In this document: piece after piece, positions 18,457 to 27,180 of the stretch
Layout: each line of letters starts with the position of its first letter
How positions within the stretch are numbered: position 1 is the first letter of the stretch
Virus record (IMG/VR): IMGVR_UViG_3300014613_004232
Location: 1 to 64,000 of that record
From: a virus
Direction: 5' to 3' (one strand)
DNA length: 64,000 nucleotides
Notes under the pieces: model-generated
What the model saw: only the letters and a program-made list of their open reading frames with translations
Database searches by the model: none
What the model was told of the DNA's origin: nothing
Program-made: the position numbers and the translations under genes

Positions 18457-18933
18457 TCACGTCCTCTGTTTGTTAGGTTGAGTGGCCCTTGCGGGGATCA
18501 TGTAGGACTCTTTCTGCCTCCCATTGCTCGTCGAGTGAGCAGTGAGGAACTTGCTCTTGTCCTGGCCCAGCATCAGTTGCTTGCGGACCTCGGAGAGTCT
18601 GTCGATTTCGTCCTGATAAATGCGCTTCGTCCTTCTGAGAAGCCAGAGCCAGCCAATGTTGGAGGCCAAGAGACAGGCCATCAGGACACCTGTGCTACTG
18701 CGGATGACCGCAAAGAGGTCTCGCACGATGCCGGCCAACTCCGACTCGGGCATCCTCCACAACACCATGCCAGCAATGCTCAGAAGCAACAACCCGAAGG
18801 CCGGAAAGACCTTGCCTGAGTTCAGCAGAGAGAAGACGCCGCTGAAGAAGTCCCGAAAGAACATCCATACGTTGTATGCATCATCGCCGCCTTTGCGACC
18901 ATCCGACTTGGCATCAGCCCCCCTCTTCGGCAT
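18457..18933 (-). CDS. Accessory 2-TM membrane protein (moron)
   Basis: Two hydrophobic helices plus short coiled coil; lower GC. Confidence 0.7.
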   Translation of the reverse strand: MPKRGADAKSDGRKGGDDAYNVWMFFRDFFSGVFSLLNSGKVFPAFGLLLLSIAGMVLWRMPESELAGIVRDLFAVIRSSTGVLMACLLASNIGWLWLLRRTKRIYQDEIDRLSEVRKQLMLGQDKSKFLTAHSTSNGRQKESYMIPARATQPNKQRT

Positions 18934-18996
18934 CTTTTCGCTCTTTCGTAGTTCTTTACAGACCCGCCGTCTAACAGCGACCGGCCAAACCTGCGG

Positions 18997-19024
18997 AAGA
19001 TATCACAACGATTCAAGTTGTAAA
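18997..19024 (-). promoter_or_regulatory. Candidate sigma70 promoter for the membrane-protein moron
   Basis: TTTACA-N16-TATCTT with TG extended -10. Confidence 0.45.
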
Positions 19025-19103
19025 CAGGGTCACCACGAGCGCCCACCGAGGCTCGCGAGTCCTGGGGGCAAAAGGTGCCCTCCTCAAAACAGAGCCTCAG
19101 TGC

Positions 19104-19133
19104 TTGACATTTTCGTGTGCGCGCACATAAATT
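19104..19133 (+). promoter_or_regulatory. sigma70 promoter with palindromic operator (upstream promoter of C4/antirepressor operon)
   Basis: TTGACA-TTTTCG-TGTGCGCGCACA-TAAATT; second palindrome GTTAGCGCTAAC at 19137-19148. Confidence 0.65.
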
Positions 19134-19173
19134 ATCGTTAGCGCTAACAATCAGCGCAAGACAAGCAAACTGC

Positions 19174-19203
19174 TTGACATCCTTCAGGTTGGTGTTCTAC
19201 GCT
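19174..19203 (+). promoter_or_regulatory. Second sigma70 promoter of the C4 operon
   Basis: TTGACA-N18-TACGCT. Confidence 0.6.
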
Positions 19204-19332
19204 CCGCTCCGTTGCTGAAAAAGAGGCAACACGGGCTTGGTCGCCCGGAACAAGGCGCAGCAAGCCGCGCCATCATCCAGAAGGCAGCGGCTTTTTCACG
19301 TCCGTGAAGCTGCGTGCACACGCGCTCCGTTT

Positions 19333-19410
19333 TATGGTGGGCCGTGTGGGGAGGAGGAAACTCCTGCCGGCCCCTTGTCCGGTCGACCAACCCTGCACGG
19401 TCTGCCGCCC
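19333..19410 (+). ncRNA. c4: C4-type antisense RNA (P1/P7 ImmI-like)
   Basis: Long closing stem, AGGAG-GAAA-CTCCT hairpin, and loops CCTTGT (19373-78) and CGACCAA (19384-90). These are complementary to ACAAGG/TTGGTCG sites upstream (19237-55) and downstream (19416-55, over the SD). Confidence 0.88.
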
Positions 19411-19462
19411 TTCGCTTGGTCGCGAGGTGCGGCGGGTTTCGACACCGCCACAAGGAGCCACC

Positions 19463-20260
19463 ATGGCTGACCTCTCGATTCAAGGCGCACTCGCGCTGAC
19501 CTCCTCCGCCTCCCTGACCATGTCCAGCCGCGAGATCGCGGAACTGACGGGCAAGAGGCACGATCATGTGATGCGCGACATCCGCAACATGCTTGAGGAG
19601 CTTGGCGAAGATGCCCCCAAGTTTGGGGCGATGTTCCCAGACGCTTACGAACGCCCCCAGCCTGGGTTCGTTCTTCCCAAGGACTTGACCATCACCCTGG
19701 TGTCGGGCTACTCGGTGGTCATGCGTCACCGGATCGTCACCCGGTGGCAGGAACTGGAACAGCAAGCAGCGCGTCCGATGACCCAACTGGAGGTGATCGC
19801 CGCCAACGCCCAGGCGCTGGTCATGATCGAGCGCCAGCAGCAAGCCATCATGGCCACCCAGCAGCAGACCGCCGCCAACCTTGCCAAACTGGAGACAGCG
19901 GTCAACGAAGTCGCCCACATGGCGGCATCAACCCAAGTGTGGGACCACTGCCCGCAGAACTGCGAGCCCATCACCAAGATCCGCGGGCGCATGCTCAAGC
20001 AGTACGGCCTGCCGGCCTGGGTGGTGGACATGGTGATGCGCGAACTCCCTCTGAGCCCTAAGGTGCACGGCATGGTGCGCAACGGGCACGAGGAGGCCAA
20101 GGGCATGCACTATGAGGTGTGGGCCGTGGCGGACGTGACCAGGACCTTCAAGCGATTCGTGGACGCGTGCAAGCCGGAGACGGCGCACTTCGCCAGCCAC
20201 CCAGACATTGATCGCCGCTTCCACATCAAGGCGGGCATGCTCTCGGGAGGTGCAGCATGA
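19463..20260 (+). CDS. Rha-family phage antirepressor/regulator
   Basis: MSSREIAELTGKRHDHVMRDIR and LVSGYS...R.RI..RWQELE Rha motifs; AAGGAG SD. Confidence 0.88.
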   Translation: MADLSIQGALALTSSASLTMSSREIAELTGKRHDHVMRDIRNMLEELGEDAPKFGAMFPDAYERPQPGFVLPKDLTITLVSGYSVVMRHRIVTRWQELEQQAARPMTQLEVIAANAQALVMIERQQQAIMATQQQTAANLAKLETAVNEVAHMAASTQVWDHCPQNCEPITKIRGRMLKQYGLPAWVVDMVMRELPLSPKVHGMVRNGHEEAKGMHYEVWAVADVTRTFKRFVDACKPETAHFASHPDIDRRFHIKAGMLSGGAA

Positions 20261-20607
20261 GCAACCTCAGCGCCATCCACGCCGCCGCCCTTCCCTCGCA
20301 ACTGCAGGACGTGGCCGAGCTCATCGCCCAGCACGGCCGGCCAGACCGCCCACCGAACCTTTATGCGAGCCTTCAGTCCCTCAGGACCATCGACCAACAG
20401 GTGTTCGACTACTGCGGGAAGATCGAGGCCCTGATGAAGGCAATGCTGGCCATCATCAACACCAGCACGGAAACCGAGTCGTCGGACACCCTGCGCCACC
20501 TGGCCAGACTGGCTCAACAGCGGGCGAACCTCTGCCGAGAAGACGTCACCGCCGCAGTCGAGGAGGCGGGCCTCCTCGCCCTGGACGAAGACTCCTTCAT
20601 CATCTGA
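20257..20607 (+). CDS. Hypothetical protein in antirepressor operon
   Basis: ATGA overlap with Rha gene; followed by hairpin at ~20617-20640. Confidence 0.7.
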   Translation: MSNLSAIHAAALPSQLQDVAELIAQHGRPDRPPNLYASLQSLRTIDQQVFDYCGKIEALMKAMLAIINTSTETESSDTLRHLARLAQQRANLCREDVTAAVEEAGLLALDEDSFII

Positions 20608-20695
20608 CCCACCAACGAGCCCCCTCATCGCAGGGGGCTCGGCCATTCAGGGCCCATGTAGAGTTACGACTCTTTACAACACTCAGGGTCGATTC

Positions 20696-21550
20696 ATGAA
20701 GAAGGGCGCAGTTCTTGTCGTCGTCGCTGCATCGTTTTGCAGTGTTGGGGCGTTCCTTGCAGCACCAAAGGTCAAGGAGTTCTTCTACCCAGAGGCTCCA
20801 ATGTGCGGTGACTTGAGCGTCGTGCGCGACGTCAAGTCTCTCCTCGTGAAGAAGACAGGCCGCGAGATGATGGGCATCGTCGGAATCCCTCCTGGTGAAC
20901 AGCAAGCCGCAATGCTGGATGAGCAGACCGACAAAAACCAGACGGAAATCTCGGCATTCCTGGATGCGGATGCTGTGACGATGAATGGATACGATGAAAA
21001 GACGAGAAAGAGAGAATGTCAAGCCGACATCAAGGCAGGCGATTCAAAGGCCGCATTTGCTCAATACACCGTGCAACTGACCGAGGATGGCAAACAATAC
21101 GTCGTCTTTGCAAAATTCGCCACGACAGATGGCAAGCCACCAGCCGCATACATAGATCTTGTTCGATCCGTCTACCCAGATATCGCCAAGCGCATTGACG
21201 AAGTTATCGAAGCGGAGCGCATAGAACAAGAGCGAAAAAATAGACTTGCCGCCCTCAGAGGAGAGCTAGAAGAGACCGTCGAAGCGGCAAAGCGAGCATG
21301 GAGAATCGCGCCCATGAACCTCCGCTTACTCTTCCCGAAGACTGACTACGAGCTATCGACAAGATTTTCCGACGCATGCACTGAAGGCGACGAGGAGGAG
21401 CGGGTCACATGCCAAATCGGCACTGCGAAGAAGGTGCATGAGTTCATCACCGAAGTGACGAATGGAAAGCCTGGAACGCAGCAGCCAACCCCCACGTCAC
21501 CCGCCGCCTCCCAGTCCGCCCGTGGCAATGTGAGCGATCGACCGGTCTGA
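20696..21550 (+). CDS. Membrane-anchored/periplasmic accessory protein (moron)
   Basis: N-terminal signal/TM segment, paired Cys residues, lower GC; converges on the tape-measure gene. Confidence 0.7.
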   Translation: MKKGAVLVVVAASFCSVGAFLAAPKVKEFFYPEAPMCGDLSVVRDVKSLLVKKTGREMMGIVGIPPGEQQAAMLDEQTDKNQTEISAFLDADAVTMNGYDEKTRKRECQADIKAGDSKAAFAQYTVQLTEDGKQYVVFAKFATTDGKPPAAYIDLVRSVYPDIAKRIDEVIEAERIEQERKNRLAALRGELEETVEAAKRAWRIAPMNLRLLFPKTDYELSTRFSDACTEGDEEERVTCQIGTAKKVHEFITEVTNGKPGTQQPTPTSPAASQSARGNVSDRPV

Positions 21551-23356
21551 GACGTTTTGGCCAATTTGGTCGGAGAAACTGATCTTGATGGGATCTGGAG
21601 CAGCATTGGAAAATGGTGGAATGCTAATGTCCGGCCCATCACCAATAGGCTTCACGAGCGAGTGGCTTCGAATACTCGGAACGCTGATGACGGGCGCGGA
21701 CGCACTAGCAACCCGGCGATCCGCGCGAAGCGCTGACATCACACTCTGAGCCGGGATCGACGCTCGATTTCCGGCCACGCCGTCATAGTACCCCCGGCCT
21801 GTGCGTGGATTCTCAGCGGATGCAAACTCCTTTGATACAGCAACTGCAGCGGCGCCAATGTCGTCGCTGCGGCCATTGATATAGTCGGAGATTGCCCTCC
21901 TCTTTCGCCCGACGATGAAGTCCCGGAAGATCCGCTCCTGCATATCAGGCGTGAATTTCTCTCCACCGCTTATTCCGAGCGCAGATACAGCTTCCTTCAT
22001 CGTGGAAGGAATAAGTTGATACTTCCCGACTGCAAACAGCCGACGGGCGTCGCTCTTCGGGAGCGCCTGCAGCGCCATTACTTCGGATACCGACATATTG
22101 GCAAAGTCCATCGACTTGCCCCTACTGTCACCAGCCCGGCCTCGGTTGAAAGAACCATAGTCACCTTCGTGCCGACCAATCAGGGCGCCAAGCGCCCCTC
22201 CAGCCGTGATGGCGACGGACTTGGCTGCCCCTCCGACATTGATCCCCGTGCTGTCGGCGACCCACTTGTTTGCTTTGGATGCTTGACCGGCGAAGGATGA
22301 GGCGGCGCCGCTCAGCAAATTGACGCCTCCCTCGTATGCCTTGCTGGCGGCTTCGGAGGTCGCGCTCCAGGCCTTTTGGGCAGGCTTCGCCACCCAGTCA
22401 TCCCATGCCTTCCCGGCCCGCTCCATGAGGGATGCCCAGCCGGCACGCATGCCGTCGATCCACTCGAACATCTTTTCCTGCACGCCGGAGGAGACCAGCC
22501 AGTCATGCACCTTCCCGCCGATCCACTTGCCGACCTCCCACGCAGCCCAGGCCGCCGCGACGGGCGCGAACACCCGGCCCAGAACGGCAGGGACCATCCC
22601 GGCGAGCCCAGCCAGGCGGCTGGTGATGCCTGCCGTGATCCCACTCAAAAGGCCGCTGCCGCTGCTCGCGCTCGCGGCGAAACCCTGCTCCTGATCAGCG
22701 CTCTTCTTGCGCGTCAGGGCCTGCCAGATCCGCTTGTACCAGCGCTCCTTCTTCTTCTCCGCGGCCTGGCCGAACGATGCGCGCCAGCCGCGCCCCATCG
22801 GCTCCCACACTTCCTTCGCCGCCTCGATCATGGGATCCATGCGGTCGGTGGACTGAGCGGCCGTCTCCTTGATGGCCTCGACGATCCGGTTCTCGCCGCC
22901 GGCAATCGCTTCGTCGGGCGCTGGGGCGTCGCCACGACCGCCGCCGCTCCCCGTCGACTTCCCCTGGCTGCCTGGCGTTGCGCCGGCCTTCACAAAGCGG
23001 CCCCGACTGTCACGCATCGCGGTGGCCGCCGCAACGGCCGCTGCGGCAGCCGGGATCGCGCGTGCAACTGCCTGGGTGGTCTCCCTCGGGGCGCGGGCGA
23101 TGGGCCCGGCCGCGCCGATCCTCGCCCCCGTGGTGCGCGGTGCCGGCACGACTGCAGGGATTGATGGCTCAGAGATTGATCGGCCACCCTGACGGCTCCT
23201 GGCCTGCCGCGCGCCGCGGCCGAGCATCGCGGACACGTTGGCGTCGATGCGGCTCAGGACCTGAAGGCCCGCGCGCTGCCCCGACAGCATCTCCTTGCTG
23301 ACGTCCAGAACCTCGCCGATGAGGAACCCTTGTTGGTCTGACTTGAGCATGCTCAT
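21497..23356 (-). CDS. Tape measure protein with C-terminal lysozyme-like muramidase (P1 Sit-like)
   Basis: Ala/Gly-rich helical body with Trp periodicity; LIGRHEG.Y...AVGKYQLIPST...FTPDMQE lysozyme motifs. Confidence 0.8.
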   Translation of the reverse strand: MSMLKSDQQGFLIGEVLDVSKEMLSGQRAGLQVLSRIDANVSAMLGRGARQARSRQGGRSISEPSIPAVVPAPRTTGARIGAAGPIARAPRETTQAVARAIPAAAAAVAAATAMRDSRGRFVKAGATPGSQGKSTGSGGGRGDAPAPDEAIAGGENRIVEAIKETAAQSTDRMDPMIEAAKEVWEPMGRGWRASFGQAAEKKKERWYKRIWQALTRKKSADQEQGFAASASSGSGLLSGITAGITSRLAGLAGMVPAVLGRVFAPVAAAWAAWEVGKWIGGKVHDWLVSSGVQEKMFEWIDGMRAGWASLMERAGKAWDDWVAKPAQKAWSATSEAASKAYEGGVNLLSGAASSFAGQASKANKWVADSTGINVGGAAKSVAITAGGALGALIGRHEGDYGSFNRGRAGDSRGKSMDFANMSVSEVMALQALPKSDARRLFAVGKYQLIPSTMKEAVSALGISGGEKFTPDMQERIFRDFIVGRKRRAISDYINGRSDDIGAAAVAVSKEFASAENPRTGRGYYDGVAGNRASIPAQSVMSALRADRRVASASAPVISVPSIRSHSLVKPIGDGPDISIPPFSNAAPDPIKISFSDQIGQNVSDRSIAHIATGGLGGGG

Positions 23357-24141
23357 TTCCGCTTGGGCTGATTCCAGGTGTCCACCTGGGTGAAGGTCAT
23401 CTGCAGTTCCTGGAGCGCTTGGTCACGGCGCGACATCTCGCACTGCAGTGACACAGCCCGGATCCGGCACTTGTTGCTGTAGGCCCTGGCCACCTTCTCG
23501 GCCGGCAAAGCCGGGCTGATGCCGTGGTCGTGCGGGAGTCCGTGCACGATCTCCATCTCGAAGGCGTACTTGCCTTGAGGGTTGAAAGTGCCGTCCTCAT
23601 TGGCGGCCTGGCGGCACTTGCGCTCGAACCAGCGCTTGAGGGTGCCAGCCTCGTCGTCAATGGTGGTGACCTGAATCTCGATGGCCTCCGTGCCGGTGAC
23701 CTTGTCCATCACCGCAGACCCCACGGGAACCTTGTCACCCATGAGCGTGATCAAGCTGTAGGACACGTCCAGGGCCAGCAGGTCGAACAGACCCGCCACG
23801 CCCACACCAGCGGATGCCCCATCGATCTCCATGGGCGGAGGATTGGGGTCAGCGATGCGCAGACAGAACACGTTCTTGCGCACGGGACCGGCGTCACGGA
23901 CCAACCGTTGGATCTCGGCAACTTGCCTCGGTGTCATCCAGCCCAAGAGCTCGTTCGGCCGATCTTCGAACGGGGTGCCGAAGACAGCCTGCAGCAGGTC
24001 TGCCGCCTGAAAGATCCGGGACGCCGCGCGGACGAGGGTGGGGCTGGCGCGCTGCGCTGCCATCAGGGCAGCTTTCCCGCCCGCGGTGCGCACCAGGGTC
24101 TCCGTGACCTTGCCGATGTTGGGGGTGATCTTGAAGTCCAC
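23353..24141 (-). CDS. Baseplate tail-tube-fold protein (gp54-like)
   Basis: DVSY...TT.DDE.GTLKRWF...ELQMTFTQ tube-fold pattern; GTG start just after the portal stop. Confidence 0.55.
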   Translation of the reverse strand: MDFKITPNIGKVTETLVRTAGGKAALMAAQRASPTLVRAASRIFQAADLLQAVFGTPFEDRPNELLGWMTPRQVAEIQRLVRDAGPVRKNVFCLRIADPNPPPMEIDGASAGVGVAGLFDLLALDVSYSLITLMGDKVPVGSAVMDKVTGTEAIEIQVTTIDDEAGTLKRWFERKCRQAANEDGTFNPQGKYAFEMEIVHGLPHDHGISPALPAEKVARAYSNKCRIRAVSLQCEMSRRDQALQELQMTFTQVDTWNQPKRK

Positions 24142-24143
24142 GC

Positions 24144-25706
24144 TCAGCCCCCGAAGCCGCCGCCGCCAAACCCGCCACCCTTGGCGTCCTCTTCCTTGCC
24201 GGCCTTGATCGCCTCTTCGAGCGCCTTGGCGTAGAGCTCCGCGTCGGTGGTTTCCATCTTGGCGACGCGCTCCAGAATGTGGGCGACCGCCTTGGCGTTG
24301 AGTCCAGTGTCCTTCAGTTGGGTCAGCAACTGAGCGACGAGGAGTCCGTTGTTGGAGGCGTCCATCTGGGTGCGCTGGTTCTCCGACTCCATGGCCGCGA
24401 TCGAGCCGTAGAACTTCAGCGTCCACGGTCGCTGCCCTGGTTCGAAGCGGATCTTGTGCTTGACCGCCATGTGCACGTCGACGATGTGGTTCAGGCAGTC
24501 CAGGGCCGCTACCCGGATCATGCGTGCTCGCTCGGCCGCCTGGACGCTCGTGCGGAGGAAGCCGCCCTCACCGAGCCCACCGGACAGCATGTCGGAGAAC
24601 CCCAGCATCGAAAGGTCCACCCCCAGCGAGCCGGACAGCAGCTTGGCGTGCAGCAGGACATCCTCGATCGTGGTGTTTGCGGCGCGCCCGGATCCCGTGC
24701 CGCCCGAGGAACTGGTGGACTTGAAGTCGATGAGTTGCTGCTTCTCGCCCCACGTGGGGAAGAAGTGCCGGATGCGCCCAGCGTGCAACTGCCCGGTCTT
24801 GAGCGCCTGTTCGTACACCTGCTTGGAGCGCTCCAAGATCTTCTTCAGGTTGCCTGTGAACTGCCGTTGCTGGGCCTCGGTCATGCCGTGCATCTGCCCG
24901 GTGATGATCGTCTCGTCGATCGAGTCCAGGATCCGTTGGTTCACCAGGCCGTTGAGGGTCGCGATGTAGCGGTAATACTGCTCCTCTGCCTCGGCGAGGA
25001 ACGACCCACCAACCAGCGACGGCATGAGCGGCAGCGCCTCGTCGTCATCCTCTGTGAGTTTCGTTCGCCAAGCCTTCTCGATCGCCAACGGCTGGGGGAC
25101 GTAGCCCAGGCGCGGCATCCTCATCCGGGCCATCTGGGCCATGGACAGTTTTTCCTTCTGCTTGGGGCCCATGGCCACCACACAGACGACCGTCTTGTCG
25201 CCCATTTCGTAGGCCTGGACCAGCGGCGGCATGACCATCTCGTCCGTGCAGAGGGACGTCACCCCCCTGCCCTGCTTGCTGTAGATGCGCGCGTAGGCGT
25301 CGCCGAACGCCACCCCGTTGTAGGCCAGGTTGACCACGTGCTTGTTGAGCAGATCGCCCAGGTCGTCGGCCACCTCTTCTGCGTAGGCGAGCATCTTCTT
25401 GTTCTCGCGCAGTTTTGCGTTGGCCTCGATGTGCACCATGCGACCGGTCTCATGATCAGCGCCCAGGGCAGAGGTCACGTTGATTCGAAGTGCGCCCGAG
25501 ATGATCGGGTCGAACTGCATCGCCTGGTAGGTCTGGTAGATGCTCTCGCGGTGCTGGGCGACCTTCTTGCCTGAGCCCAGCAGCGCGGTCATGGACAGCG
25601 ACTCGGCGTTGTAGAAGCCGGCCTGATCCACCTGGGCCACCTCCTCGCCGCCCCATCCGAACTTGGAAGCAATCGACTTGAGCCAGTTGGAGTTCTCTTG
25701 TGCCAT
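24144..25706 (-). CDS. Portal protein (P1 Prt-like)
   Basis: IYQTYQAM..DPIISGAL, AFGDAYARIY, IEDVLLHAK.L.G.LGVD.SMLGF.DMLSGGLGEGGF motifs. Confidence 0.85.
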   Translation of the reverse strand: MAQENSNWLKSIASKFGWGGEEVAQVDQAGFYNAESLSMTALLGSGKKVAQHRESIYQTYQAMQFDPIISGALRINVTSALGADHETGRMVHIEANAKLRENKKMLAYAEEVADDLGDLLNKHVVNLAYNGVAFGDAYARIYSKQGRGVTSLCTDEMVMPPLVQAYEMGDKTVVCVVAMGPKQKEKLSMAQMARMRMPRLGYVPQPLAIEKAWRTKLTEDDDEALPLMPSLVGGSFLAEAEEQYYRYIATLNGLVNQRILDSIDETIITGQMHGMTEAQQRQFTGNLKKILERSKQVYEQALKTGQLHAGRIRHFFPTWGEKQQLIDFKSTSSSGGTGSGRAANTTIEDVLLHAKLLSGSLGVDLSMLGFSDMLSGGLGEGGFLRTSVQAAERARMIRVAALDCLNHIVDVHMAVKHKIRFEPGQRPWTLKFYGSIAAMESENQRTQMDASNNGLLVAQLLTQLKDTGLNAKAVAHILERVAKMETTDAELYAKALEEAIKAGKEEDAKGGGFGGGGFGG

Positions 25707-25748
25707 GACGAGGGACGCCCGGTGGGCGTGGTTCTGCAGTTGGCCCGG

Positions 25749-25789
25749 ATGCTGCAACCGCTGGGCGCGACTACCTGGGCTTACTTTCC
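25749..25789 (-). promoter_or_regulatory. Late-promoter motif (portal operon)
   Basis: GGAAAG-N29-CAGCAT. Confidence 0.75.
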
Positions 25790-25804
25790 GAAGTCCGCCG
25801 CCCA

Positions 25805-25833
25805 TTGACATATTTTGTGTGCGCATACAAAAT
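25805..25833 (+). promoter_or_regulatory. sigma70 promoter with near-palindromic operator
   Basis: TTGACA-N17-CAAAAT; dyad ATTTTGTGTGCGCATACAAAAT. Confidence 0.65.
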
Positions 25834-25861
25834 AGAGGCCCCTGAACCCACGAGGTCTCCC

Positions 25862-26173
25862 ATGTATCGCGTTGTGCTCACTGGCGCGCCAGGCATCACA
25901 GAGTCAAGTCATGACCAGGTGCTCACCGCTTTCCGCCAAGGCCTGGAATCTGCCCTTGGTGGCGGGCCTGCCCAGGTCTCCGTGGCTCAGGCTGCCTACA
26001 TGCTGGCAGTTGGCCCCTATGGTGGTGAGCCGCTGCCCATTGACGCATCACGGGACGACCACGACACCGTCGAGCGCTGGAACACCGCCCTCGCTGCCGC
26101 GAAAGAGGCGGCCTTCCTGGGCTGGGTCAGAACCCCACCGGCAGCAAAGTTCGAAGTGAAGGCGTTCTCATGA
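25862..26173 (+). CDS. Hypothetical protein
   Basis: ATG downstream of the promoter; ATGA-coupled to the next gene. Confidence 0.6.
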   Translation: MYRVVLTGAPGITESSHDQVLTAFRQGLESALGGGPAQVSVAQAAYMLAVGPYGGEPLPIDASRDDHDTVERWNTALAAAKEAAFLGWVRTPPAAKFEVKAFS

Positions 26174-26415
26174 GCGACGAGTTGCCCAAGCGCAGAGGCC
26201 GCCCACCAAAGGAAGGCGCCAAGCCGACCAGCGCTGAGCGATCAAAGAAGTCCGAAGATGCGCTCAAACAGCGCGGTGGACTTCGAACCTCTGTGAACTT
26301 CACGCCAGAGGGTAACCAGGCCGCTCAGGCCCTGATGGAAGCGCACGGCTACTCGGACCGATCCGAGACGGTCAACGAGACCCTGATCAAGGCCGCAGCG
26401 AAGATCAAGCGCTGA
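26170..26415 (+). CDS. Small DNA-binding protein (KRRGRPPK plus ribbon-helix-helix-like)
   Basis: Basic GRP motif; RTSVNFT beta-ribbon followed by two helices. Confidence 0.6.
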   Translation: MSDELPKRRGRPPKEGAKPTSAERSKKSEDALKQRGGLRTSVNFTPEGNQAAQALMEAHGYSDRSETVNETLIKAAAKIKR

Positions 26416-27169
26416 CGCTGGCCGGGCCTACCTCGAACAGGTGACGGGCCTGCAGGTCCACGTGCAGCGCAAAGCAGCCGGCGTTGTCGATCACCGGCTC
26501 ACCGCCTGCCGCCCGGCCGAGGTGGATGGCGCTGTCGAGTTGTCCCGTGCGCTCCATCTCGTCGAGCCTGCGCTGGGCCTCGTCTTTGCCGCCGGCGTAG
26601 ATGTCCGCCGTCCAGAGTTGCCCCCCGCGCTCGAACTCCACGCGAAAGGGCGTGACGGGAACCTGCACTTCTGCGGTGGCGCTGTCGACCACCACCACCC
26701 CATCGGCCAGGGGTTCCCCTTCCTGCACCGCCCCCTCCAGAGACGCCACATCCTGGCCGAGCACTCGCGCCTGCATGTCGACGTCGAAGAGCACGTAGGA
26801 CTCGCCGCCATCGGCATCGAGCCAGAACTGCGCATTGCCGACGAACCAGGTCGCGCGATAGTGGTCCTTGAACATCTCGCCAGCCACCAGCGCCGCGAAG
26901 GGGTGGAGGTCGCCGCCGTACTCGGCCAGGATGACCGCATCGGCGGCCAGCCCCAGGTCGTGCCCCAGGCGGGCGAGCGCACCTTTCACGGCCCACCAGT
27001 AGGGGCCAAACTCCAGGTACTGGGCTGGCTTGGTCTTGAGCCGAGTGGCGATGGTCTCGGCGGCGAACTGAGCCGGGTTGCGCCCCGGGGCGGATTTCGA
27101 CAGGGCGCGGGCGACTTCGATGGACCGGGCGTTGATGTCGGCCGCGCTGATCTTGAATTCGGTGAACAT
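26405..27169 (-). CDS. ulx: Ulx-like protein (DarB-associated antirestriction component) with C-terminal extension
   Basis: RL...P.QYLEFGPYWWAVK matches my recollection of P1 Ulx (Y..YGPYW..IK); directly downstream of darB as in P1. Confidence 0.72.
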   Translation of the reverse strand: MFTEFKISAADINARSIEVARALSKSAPGRNPAQFAAETIATRLKTKPAQYLEFGPYWWAVKGALARLGHDLGLAADAVILAEYGGDLHPFAALVAGEMFKDHYRATWFVGNAQFWLDADGGESYVLFDVDMQARVLGQDVASLEGAVQEGEPLADGVVVVDSATAEVQVPVTPFRVEFERGGQLWTADIYAGGKDEAQRRLDEMERTGQLDSAIHLGRAAGGEPVIDNAGCFALHVDLQARHLFEVGPASVSA

Positions 27170-27180
27170 CTTGGTTTCCT

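Noticed and set aside
26170-26415. P1 lxc orthologue (similar size, next to ulx)
   Set aside because: No sequence resemblance I can recognise; positional coincidence only
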